In this document: positions 20,407-28,749 of the stretch, in pieces
Layout of the letters: each line of letters starts with the position of its first letter
How positions within the stretch are numbered: the first letter of the stretch is position 1
Assembly: GCA_001872725.1 (NCBI GenBank)
Contig: MNWR01000015.1
Location: 3,257 to 67,256 of the forward strand
Direction of reading: 5' to 3'
Origin: Proteobacteria bacterium CG1_02_64_396
GTDB lineage: Bacteria > Pseudomonadota > MNWR01 > CG1-02-64-396
DNA length: 64,000 nt
Notes under the pieces: generated by a model
What the model saw: only the letters and a program-made list of their open reading frames with translations
Told to the model about the DNA's origin: nothing
Databases searched by the model: none
Translations under genes and position numbers: made by a program

Positions 20407-22731
20407 ATGGACCAAGATCCCACCCGCGCCGCCCCCTCCGGTTGGATCGAAGTGGTTGTGGATCGCCCCCTTCCCCCCTTGACCTACCGCTGGCCCGACG
20501 ATCTGGATTGCCCCCCCAAGGTGGGGCGCGAGGTCGAGGTGCCCTTGGGGCGGGGCCGCGCCCGGGGCTGGATCGTTGCTCTGCATGCCGCACCCCCCGA
20601 CGACGTGGCGGTTGGTCGCATCAAACCGATCATCGACCTGCCCGCTGCCGCTCCTGTCCCCCAGCCCATCTGGCAGACCCTGTGTTGGGCCGCCGATTAC
20701 TACGGCTATCCCCTCGGCCCCTACTTGGCTGCCCTGCTGCCCAAGGAGGACCCCCCCGGTAAGGTTCGGCTGCTTGCCGGGTGGCAAGAGCATCCAGCGG
20801 GCAAAACCCTGCCGATCCGCACCCTGCTTGCGGGGCTTACGCCCCACCCGTTTGCCCGGTTTTGGATGGGGTGGCTGCAAGGGCATTGGGGGACGGTCGA
20901 CCGAGAGGGGCGAATGCTGGTGCTCAGCGCGCAGGGGCGGGCCGTCACCATTGCACCGCGTGCCCATCGACAGCTGGCGCTGCACAACGCTCTGCTCAGT
21001 CACCCTCTTGAAGAGGCCGACGCGGTGGCTCAATTCGGCCGCGACGCGGTGCGCAGTCTTGAAGCCAAAGGTTGGGTGGTGGGGCACAAGCGGGGGCGGG
21101 AGGGAATGCTCCCCATGGGGCCGCAGCTCAACCCCGATCAAGCTGCCGCAGTGGCCCGCCTGACCGAGATGCTGACCGCGCCCGAGCGCCCAGCTTTGCT
21201 CTTCGGTACAACCGGATCGGGCAAAACCGAGGTGTACCTGCGGATCGCCCGCACAGTGGTGGAGCGGGGGGGGCAGGTGTTGGTGGTGGTCCCCGAGATC
21301 GCCCTGACCCCGCAAACCGCCGCCCGTTTTGAAGATCGCTTCCCTGGGCGGGTGGGTGTTTGGCATTCGGCACAAGGGGCGACCGACCGGGGTGACCTGG
21401 CAAGGCGGGTGCGGGCGGGACAGGTCCAGGTGTTGGTCGGGACCCGCTCGGCCCTCTTCCTGCCTTGGTTGAATCTCAAGCTTATGGTGGTCGACGAAGA
21501 GCACGACAACGCCCTGTCGCAAGAGGAGGGGATGCGCTACCACGGCCGCGATTTGGCGGTGGTGTTGGCCAAGAATGCGGGGGCGCTATGCCTGCTTGGT
21601 ACCGCTACCCCCTCGGTTGAAAGTTGGCGCAATGCCGAGATGGGGCGGTACGAGCGGATCGATCTACCAGGAAGAGCAGGGGCGGGAAGAATGCCCGAGG
21701 TACGGCTGATCGACCTGCGCCAGGGGCGGGACGAGACCGACCGTCACCCCTTCGACCGTCCGCTGATCGCCGCGCCCTTGCGGCAGGCATTGGAAGAGGG
21801 TCTAGCCAAGGGGGAGCAGGCGATCCTGCTGCTCAACCGGCGCGGCTACGCCCCTTTTTTACGCTGCATCGGTTGCGGCGCCGAGTTCGCCTGCGAGCAC
21901 TGCGCCGTCCCCCTGACCTACCACCACCACCCTCGCCGCCTGCTTTGCCACTACTGCGGTCATACCAAGCCGGTCCCCGATTTGTGCCCCACCTGCCAAC
22001 AGATGCTCCTCACGCCCATCGGGGTCGGAATTCAGCAGGTTGAGGGGTGGCTAAACCAAATTCTGCCCAAGGCCAAGGTACTGCGGCTCGACCGAGACAC
22101 CGCCCGGCTTAAGGGGATCGGGACGATTTTGGAGGCCTTCCGGCAAGGGGAGGGGGACATCCTGCTCGGCACCCAGATGCTGGCCAAGGGGCATGATTTT
22201 CCCAAGGTGACGACGGTAGGGGTGGTGTTGGCCGATCAGGGGCTGTCGCTGCCCGACTTCCGCGCCCAGGAGAGGCTCTTCCAAACCCTGGTGCAAACCT
22301 CGGGACGGGCAGGGCGAGCCGAGCTGCCGGGACAGGTGTTTATTCAGACCTTCGAGCCGGAGCACCCGTTGTTCGGGCAGATTCAGCGGGGTGAAGTCGC
22401 CCAATTTTTGGATGAGGAGCTGGCACTGCGCCGGATGCTCGGTTATCCGCCCGATCAGCCGATGCTGCGGGTGCTCGCACGGGGTAAGGGCAAACGGGTG
22501 GTGGGGCAGGCGTTGGAGGGGGTGGCGCGGACGCTGGCCAAACTGCCCGGTTTGATCCTACTCGGCCCCGCCCCCGCCCCGATTGAGCGAATTCAAGGGA
22601 TCGACCGCCACCACCTGTTGCTACGCGGCCCCCGCCCAGCGCTACGCAGCGCCCTACGGCTGCTGCAACAGTGGCCGGAAGAACAAGGGGTGAACCTGCG
22701 TTGGGAGGTTGATCCGGTGCAGATGATGTAG
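20407..22731 (+). CDS. priA: Primosomal protein N' (replication restart helicase).
   Basis: Walker A GTTGSGKTEVY. DEEH box VVDEEHD. Cys4 zinc-binding region CIGCGAEFACEHCAVPLTYHH...CHYCGH. Confidence 0.9.
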   Translation: MDQDPTRAAPSGWIEVVVDRPLPPLTYRWPDDLDCPPKVGREVEVPLGRGRARGWIVALHAAPPDDVAVGRIKPIIDLPAAAPVPQPIWQTLCWAADYYGYPLGPYLAALLPKEDPPGKVRLLAGWQEHPAGKTLPIRTLLAGLTPHPFARFWMGWLQGHWGTVDREGRMLVLSAQGRAVTIAPRAHRQLALHNALLSHPLEEADAVAQFGRDAVRSLEAKGWVVGHKRGREGMLPMGPQLNPDQAAAVARLTEMLTAPERPALLFGTTGSGKTEVYLRIARTVVERGGQVLVVVPEIALTPQTAARFEDRFPGRVGVWHSAQGATDRGDLARRVRAGQVQVLVGTRSALFLPWLNLKLMVVDEEHDNALSQEEGMRYHGRDLAVVLAKNAGALCLLGTATPSVESWRNAEMGRYERIDLPGRAGAGRMPEVRLIDLRQGRDETDRHPFDRPLIAAPLRQALEEGLAKGEQAILLLNRRGYAPFLRCIGCGAEFACEHCAVPLTYHHHPRRLLCHYCGHTKPVPDLCPTCQQMLLTPIGVGIQQVEGWLNQILPKAKVLRLDRDTARLKGIGTILEAFRQGEGDILLGTQMLAKGHDFPKVTTVGVVLADQGLSLPDFRAQERLFQTLVQTSGRAGRAELPGQVFIQTFEPEHPLFGQIQRGEVAQFLDEELALRRMLGYPPDQPMLRVLARGKGKRVVGQALEGVARTLAKLPGLILLGPAPAPIERIQGIDRHHLLLRGPRPALRSALRLLQQWPEEQGVNLRWEVDPVQMM

Positions 22732-22734
22732 GGG

Positions 22735-23196
22735 TTAAACCCCGCCAAGTTGATGCCAAGCGGTATAGAGCCCCACCGCCGCCGCCGAAGAAAGGTTCAA
22801 CGAGCGCACGTCATCCACCATTGGGATGCGAAAGGCGGAGTCGGCACCTTCGATTTGCTCGGGCGGCAGCCCCCGGCTTTCGGGGCCGAAGAGCAGTCCG
22901 TCCCCCGGCTGAAACCGAACTTCGAACAGGGAGCGCTCGGTCTTGGTTGTCGCCGCCAGCACCCGCCCATTGAACGCCCTATGAAACTCCTGCCAGTCGT
23001 CATGGTGATGAATCGCCACCTCCCGCCAGTAGTCGAGCCCCGCCCGCTTGAGCTGCTTGTCGTCCCAAGAAAACCCCAGCGGATGGATCAGATGCAGGGT
23101 GGCGCCGGTGACCCGGCACAGCCGCACGATATTGCCGGTGTTGGGGGGGATCTCGGGTTGGTAGAGGATGATGTGGAGGGGGCAGGGGGCGGGCAC
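22735..23196 (-). CDS. trmL: tRNA (cytidine/uridine-2'-O)-methyltransferase, SpoU/TrmL family.
   Basis: IILYQPEIPPNTGNIVRLC is the TrmL N-terminal signature. 153 aa. Confidence 0.85.
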   Translation of the reverse strand: MPAPCPLHIILYQPEIPPNTGNIVRLCRVTGATLHLIHPLGFSWDDKQLKRAGLDYWREVAIHHHDDWQEFHRAFNGRVLAATTKTERSLFEVRFQPGDGLLFGPESRGLPPEQIEGADSAFRIPMVDDVRSLNLSSAAAVGLYTAWHQLGGV

Positions 23197-23360
23197 GGGG
23201 ACTCCGGCAAGCGTGATGGGGAAAAGGGCGGGGGTTGATCGGCCCCGTGTGCAACAGGCTCAAGCTGTGCGGATCGATGGTATCGGAAGCATCATCGGCA
23301 ATCCGCCCATCGTCTCTTCCCGAGGGGGGAAGGGTGCTCCGGCGAACGCGAATCCAAGCA

Positions 23361-23394
23361 ATAAAAAGGGGACGGTGGTTGCTCCACCGTCCCC
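23361..23394 (-). terminator. Rho-independent terminator downstream of the bacterioferritin-like gene.
   Basis: 11-bp stem GGGGACGGTGG/CCACCGTCCCC with loop TTGCT, followed on the minus strand by TTTTTAT. Confidence 0.5.
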
Positions 23395-23493
23395 ATGATT
23401 GATCAAAACCGAAGCAATGCAGACACAGCGTTAAACCGGTTCACGGGTGGATTCCGGGTTTATCGATGGCGCCCCGGAATGACGCCCCACCCT

Positions 23494-23967
23494 TTACCCC
23501 AGCGCGTCGAGGATGTCCCGTTCGTGTTCCTGCTCTTGGGTCAGGATGTCCTCCAAGACCCGTTTGAGGGCGTATTCCCCCAGCGCCTCGGCCTGTTTCA
23601 TCCGCTCTTTATAGCGGGTGATGGCAACCTTTTCGCCGACCAAATCCTGCTGGAGCATGGCGACCTGATCTTCAGAGGTCACGACATGCCGAACATCGAC
23701 GGCGGGGGTACCCCCCAGGTAGTCGATCTCGTTGGCTAGAAGCAGGGCGTGTTGGTGCTCCTCGGCGGCGTGGACCACCAATTCTTGCTGAATGCTGCGG
23801 TACTGCGCCCCCTTCATCACCGCCGAATGCTGGATGTACTGGATCATCGCGGTGTATTCCAGGCGCAGGTCTTCATTGAGTAGCTCGATCAACGCCTCTC
23901 GGGTTAGCACCCCTTCGATTGCCGAGGGGGGCTCGATCATTTCCTCTTTTTTCTTCTTCTTGGGCAT
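23494..23967 (-). CDS. Bacterioferritin-like ferritin-family di-iron protein.
   Basis: Ferritin-like helices carry di-iron ligands LEY...EEHQH...EQEHE. AAGGAGG RBS 9 nt before the ATG at 23967. Confidence 0.7.
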   Translation of the reverse strand: MPKKKKKEEMIEPPSAIEGVLTREALIELLNEDLRLEYTAMIQYIQHSAVMKGAQYRSIQQELVVHAAEEHQHALLLANEIDYLGGTPAVDVRHVVTSEDQVAMLQQDLVGEKVAITRYKERMKQAEALGEYALKRVLEDILTQEQEHERDILDALG

Positions 23968-24043
23968 GGCGTGCAACCTCCTTGAAAGATGGGAACGGAA
24001 TCAACCGGCCCCTTACCCGAACGGTAAAATCGCGCTTAGTTCG

Positions 24044-24310
24044 TCACCCTTTCTCAAACCCCAACTCCCCCCCATCCACAATCACCCGAACGGTGTCGCC
24101 ATCGCGGAAGCTGCCCTCCAGCAACGCAATGGCCAGGGGGTTTTGGATCGCCTGTTGGATCAAACGCTTCAAAGGTCGGGCGCCGAAGGCGGAATCAAAA
24201 CCGTGTTCGGCCAGCCATCCCACCGCCTCGTCGCTCAATTCGAGGGTGATCTTGCGATCGAGCAAAATCTTGCGTAGCCGGGCCAGCTGAATCTCGACGA
24301 TTTTGGCCAT
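24044..24310 (-). pseudogene. clpB: Truncated 3' fragment of clpB (C-terminal 88 codons), duplicated from the intact gene at 35261.
   Basis: Translation [88 protein letters not shown] matches the ClpB C-terminus at 35261..35527 with one amino-acid difference. Confidence 0.8.
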
Positions 24311-24332
24311 ATGGCCCCGCGCCAGCCGGTGG
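24044..24332. repeat. Left copy of a ~289-bp direct repeat (island boundary, attL-like).
   Basis: Near-identical to 35261..35549, with about 5 mismatches. It begins exactly at the clpB stop codon. Confidence 0.8.
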
Positions 24333-24730
24333 GCTCAACGGGACGACCTTTTCCCCGTAGCGGCCCCACCCCACCCTCCACCGTCGCCCCCGCGCCCGCT
24401 GGATCCCCGCCTGCGCGGGGATGACGCCGGGATGGGCGGGGGATGGGGGGCTTCGGGTCAGGCTTGGCACATGGGGATGCGAAAGCCCCAACCGGGCCGG
24501 GAGTTGGAGGCACAGCCCGAAGCCACCCAACAACGGCACTCTTTTCCAGGAGTCTGCCGGTCTTTCGTTGTCGTGGGGTAGAAGGAATAACGACAGCCCT
24601 TTCGCTGATGAGGGGCAAGAAAGACAACCTCTCGCTGAGGGATAGGATTCAGGTAGACGCATTCGGGTCGACAGGTACCCTTCTCCCCTTCGGTAAGCCC
24701 TACCCCATTTTGGCTGAGGTCTCCTGCGGA

Positions 24731-27700
24731 ATGGATCCGTTCTTCGAGCAACCCATCCTCAACTCCCCCTACGAGTCTCCCTCCCGGCATTGGGAGTTGG
24801 ATGAGCACGGCCAACCAACCCAGCGGACCATTGAGCAACGGCGGAGTGCAGAATTCGTCACCCCCATTCCCAAACCCAAAAAGCGCAAAGGGGGGGAGGG
24901 AAATTACCTGGCGTTGGATGAAGGATTTGGGCTGTCCACCCAGGACCAGCGTTACGAACACACCGGTTTGATCAACGCCCTGCGTGAAGAGGTGGCGCAG
25001 TGGCGGCAATTGCCCCCGGCCCACTGGCGAGTGACCCCCGAAACAGCCCGATTGCTCCAGCATTGGCGACACCACCCGTTTGGGGGTGTGCGCCCATTCT
25101 TTTGCCAGGTAGAGGCGGCGGAAACCGCCATTTGGCTGACCGAAGTTGCCCCCCAAAGTGGAAAAACCGGGGAACGGTTTTTGCGCCATCTGGAAGAGTC
25201 CAGCCAAGCAGCCAATCCCGATTTACTGCGTTTGGCCCTCAAGCTGGCCACCGGTGCAGGCAAAACCACCGTGATGGCCATGCTCATCGCTTGGCAAACC
25301 CTCAATGCCGTCCGACGCCCCAACAGCCGCAAATTCACCCGTGGGTTTTTGATCGTTACCCCCGGCATCACCATCAAGGACCGCCTGCGCGTCCTTCAGC
25401 CCAACGACCCGGACAGCTACTACAAGAGCCGCGAGCTGGTGCCCGGCGACATGATGGGCGACCTGGAACGGGCCAAGATCGTCATCACCAACTATCACGC
25501 CTTCAAACTGCGCGAACGTATGCCCCTGTCCAAGGGCGGTAGGCTGCTGCTGCAAGGCCGTGGCGGCGAAGCACTCGATACGTTGGAATCCGAAGGCCAG
25601 ATGATCCAGAGGGTCATGCCGGAGTTGATGGGCATGAAGAACATCCTGGTCATCAACGACGAGGCTCATCACTGCTACCGGGAGAAACCCAACCACGACG
25701 ACGAAAAGCTGAAAGGGGACGAGAAAAGGGAGGCGGAAGAAAACAACGAAGCAGCCCGTCTGTGGATTTCCGGTTTGGAGGCCGTCAACCGCAAGCTGGG
25801 CCTTAGCCGGGTGATCGACCTATCCGCCACCCCCTTCTTTCTGCGTGGTTCCGGTTATGCCGAGGGCACCCTGTTCCCCTGGACCCTCAGCGATTTCTCG
25901 CTGATGGACGCCATCGAATGCGGCATCGTCAAACTGCCGCGTGTGCCGGTGGCCGACAACATCCCCGGCGCCGAAGTGCCGGTGTTCCGCAACCTGTGGG
26001 AACACATCCGCAAAGACATGCCCAAGAAGGGGCGCGGCAAGGCCGAAGGACTCGACCCGCTTAAGTTGCCGACCCGCCTGCAAACCGCCCTCGAAGCCCT
26101 CTACGGCCATTACAAGAAAACCTACGATTTGTGGGAGCAGGCTGGAATCCAAGTGCCGCCCTGCTTCATCGTGGTTTGCAACAACACCTCGACCTCCAAG
26201 CTGGTGTACGACTACATCTCTGGCTTCCAGCGGCTAAACGACGATGGCAGCAGCAAGCTGGAGAACGGTCGGCTCCCACTGTTCCGCAACTTTGATGAAC
26301 ACGGCAATCCACTCGGCCGCCCCAAAACCCTGCTCATCGACAGCGAACAACTGGAATCCGGCGAGGCTTTGGATAACAGCTTCCGGGGCATAGCCGCTGA
26401 CGAAATCGAGCGCTTCCGCCGCGAGATCATCGAACGCACCGGCGACCCGCGTGCGGCCGACACCATCACCGACGCGGCCTTGCTGCGCGAGGTCATGAAC
26501 ACCGTCGGCAAGGCTGGCCGACTGGGCGACTCCATTCGCTGCGTGGTTTCGGTCTCCATGCTGACCGAAGGCTGGGACGCCAGCACCGTCACCCACGTCC
26601 TGGGCGTGCGCGCCTTCGGCACCCAGTTGCTGTGCGAACAGGTCATTGGCCGCGCCTTGCGCCGCCAGTCTTACGAACTCAACGAGGCAGGGCTGTTCAA
26701 CGTCGAATACGCCGACGTTCTCGGCATTCCCTTCGACTTCACCGCCAAACCGGTGGTCGCGCCGCCGCAACCGCCGCGCGAAACCATCCAGGTCAGGGCC
26801 ATCCGTCCCGACCGCGACGCTCTTGAAATCCGCTTCCCCCGCGTCCAGGGCTACCGGGTGGAACTCCCGGAAGAACGCCTCACCGCCGGGTTCAACGCCG
26901 ACTCCGTGCTGGAACTGACCCCCGATCTGGTTGGCCCCTCCATCACCCGCAACGCTGGCATCATCGGCCAGGATGTGGACCTGAACCTGGTCCACACCGG
27001 CGACATGCGCCATTCCACGCTGCTGTTTCACCTCACCCAGCGCCTGATCTACACCCGGTGGCGCGACCCCGGCGAGGAACCCAAGCTCTACCTGTTCGGC
27101 CAACTCAAACGCATCGCCAAACAATGGCTGGACACCTGTTTGGTTTGCAAAGGCGGCACCTACCCGGCCCAGCTCATGTATCAGGCCCTGGCCGACGTGG
27201 CTTGCGAACGCATCACCGCTGGCATCACCCGAGCGCTGATTGGTGAGCGCCCCATCAAAGCCGTGCTTGATCCGTACAACCCCACCGGCACCACCGCCCA
27301 CGTTAACTTCAGCACTGCGAAGAAAGACCGCTGGCAGACCGACGCCCGCCGCTGCCACCTCAACTGGGTCATTCTCGATAGCGGTTGGGAAGGCGAGTTT
27401 TGCCGCGTCGCCGAAGCCCATCCGCAGGTACGCGCCTATGTGAAGAACCACAACCTGGGGCTGGAGGTGCCGTACCGCTATGGCTCCGAAATGCGCACCT
27501 ACCTGCCCGACTTCGTCGTTCTTGTAGACGACGGCCATGGCGAGGATGACCTGCTGCACCTTGTGGTCGAGGTCAAAGGCTACCGGCGCGAAGACGCCAA
27601 GGAGAAGAAAGCCACGATGGAAACCTACTGGGTGCCGGGGGTGAACAACCTCAAGCAATACGGCCGCTGGGCCTTCGCCGAGTTCACCGAGGTCTGGCAG

Positions 27701-27775
27701 ATGCAGGACGACTTCGCCGCGAAGGTGGAGGCCGAATTCAGCAAGATGATCGGGCGGGTGGTGGATGGAAGCTGA
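24731..27775 (+). CDS. res: Type III restriction endonuclease Res subunit (SF2 DEAH helicase plus C-terminal PD-(D/E)xK nuclease). Start is uncertain; alternatives are 24443 and 24608.
   Basis: Motif I TGAGKTTVMA. Motif II ILVINDEAHHC. Motif VI QVIGRALRR. C-terminal nuclease motif PDFVVLVDD...LHLVVEVKG. Confidence 0.8.
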   Translation: MDPFFEQPILNSPYESPSRHWELDEHGQPTQRTIEQRRSAEFVTPIPKPKKRKGGEGNYLALDEGFGLSTQDQRYEHTGLINALREEVAQWRQLPPAHWRVTPETARLLQHWRHHPFGGVRPFFCQVEAAETAIWLTEVAPQSGKTGERFLRHLEESSQAANPDLLRLALKLATGAGKTTVMAMLIAWQTLNAVRRPNSRKFTRGFLIVTPGITIKDRLRVLQPNDPDSYYKSRELVPGDMMGDLERAKIVITNYHAFKLRERMPLSKGGRLLLQGRGGEALDTLESEGQMIQRVMPELMGMKNILVINDEAHHCYREKPNHDDEKLKGDEKREAEENNEAARLWISGLEAVNRKLGLSRVIDLSATPFFLRGSGYAEGTLFPWTLSDFSLMDAIECGIVKLPRVPVADNIPGAEVPVFRNLWEHIRKDMPKKGRGKAEGLDPLKLPTRLQTALEALYGHYKKTYDLWEQAGIQVPPCFIVVCNNTSTSKLVYDYISGFQRLNDDGSSKLENGRLPLFRNFDEHGNPLGRPKTLLIDSEQLESGEALDNSFRGIAADEIERFRREIIERTGDPRAADTITDAALLREVMNTVGKAGRLGDSIRCVVSVSMLTEGWDASTVTHVLGVRAFGTQLLCEQVIGRALRRQSYELNEAGLFNVEYADVLGIPFDFTAKPVVAPPQPPRETIQVRAIRPDRDALEIRFPRVQGYRVELPEERLTAGFNADSVLELTPDLVGPSITRNAGIIGQDVDLNLVHTGDMRHSTLLFHLTQRLIYTRWRDPGEEPKLYLFGQLKRIAKQWLDTCLVCKGGTYPAQLMYQALADVACERITAGITRALIGERPIKAVLDPYNPTGTTAHVNFSTAKKDRWQTDARRCHLNWVILDSGWEGEFCRVAEAHPQVRAYVKNHNLGLEVPYRYGSEMRTYLPDFVVLVDDGHGEDDLLHLVVEVKGYRREDAKEKKATMETYWVPGVNNLKQYGRWAFAEFTEVWQMQDDFAAKVEAEFSKMIGRVVDGS

Positions 27776-27782
27776 AACTGCA

Positions 27783-27872
27783 TTCAGGAGCATTTTCTTG
27801 GCGTCAGGAAAATGCTCCCTAGGTGGCGATGCGCACCATTTTGTTGGCGCCAACAAAATGGTTCGACAAGAG
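27783..27872. promoter_or_regulatory. Two adjacent palindromes in the res-dinD intergenic region.
   Basis: GGAGCATTTTC-N10-GAAAATGCTCC and a perfect 28-bp palindrome ACCATTTTGTTGGCGCCAACAAAATGGT. Confidence 0.3.
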
Positions 27873-27898
27873 GCCGGGCAGAAACGGGAGAAGAAGTC

Positions 27899-28747
27899 AT
27901 GAGCAACATCAAGTTGTTCGAGTCCAAGCACATCCGTTCGGCCTGGGACGAAGCCACCCAACGCTGGTACTTTGCCATTGTCGATGTCGTCGCAGCCTTG
28001 AGCGAAAGCGAGAACCCGCAGGTCTACTGGCGGGTGCTCAAGAAGCGCCTGCTGGCCGAGGGCAATGAAACCGTTACAGCTTGTAACGCCTTGAAGATGA
28101 CCGCAGCCGATGGCAAGCAGCGTCTGACCGACGTGGCGGATACCGAGCAATTGCTTCGGCTCATTCAGTCCATCCCCTCCCCCAAAGCCGAGCCGTTCAA
28201 ACGCTGGCTGGCCCAGGTGGGCTACGAGCGGCTGGAAGAAATCGAAAACCCCGAACTGGCCGCCGCACGTATGCGCGAGTTGTACAAAGCCAAGGGCTAC
28301 AGCGACGAATGGATCGAAAAGCGGGTGCGCGGCATCGCCATCCGCGACGAACTGACCCACGAATGGCAGAAGCGCGGCGTCAAGGAGCAGCGCGAATACG
28401 CCATCCTTACCGCCGAAATCAGCCGCGCCACCTTTGGCATGACCCCCGCCGAATACAAAACCTTCAAGAGTCTCGACAAGCCCGCCGACAACCTGCGCGA
28501 CCACATGAACGATCTGGAACTGATCTTCACCATGCTGGGCGAAGCCTCCACCACCGAGATTGCTCGTAATAAAGACGCGCAAGGCTACGGCGAGAACCGC
28601 GAAGCGGCCGTGGCGGGCGGCGCGGTGGCCGGACGGGCACGCCGCGACCTGGAGAAAAAATCCGGCAAGCGCGTCGCCAGCCCGGAAAACTACAAAGCCT
28701 TGCCCGAAGCCGTGGCACGCAAAAAGCTGAAGAAGAAGGAAGCCTGA
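27899..28747 (+). CDS. Bro-N / DinD-like (DNA-damage-inducible protein D family) protein.
   Basis: N-terminal Bro-N-like IRSAWDEATQRWYFAIVDVVAAL. C-terminal region resembles E. coli DinD. Lies between res and mod. Confidence 0.65.
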   Translation: MSNIKLFESKHIRSAWDEATQRWYFAIVDVVAALSESENPQVYWRVLKKRLLAEGNETVTACNALKMTAADGKQRLTDVADTEQLLRLIQSIPSPKAEPFKRWLAQVGYERLEEIENPELAAARMRELYKAKGYSDEWIEKRVRGIAIRDELTHEWQKRGVKEQREYAILTAEISRATFGMTPAEYKTFKSLDKPADNLRDHMNDLELIFTMLGEASTTEIARNKDAQGYGENREAAVAGGAVAGRARRDLEKKSGKRVASPENYKALPEAVARKKLKKKEA

Positions 28748-28749
28748 GC

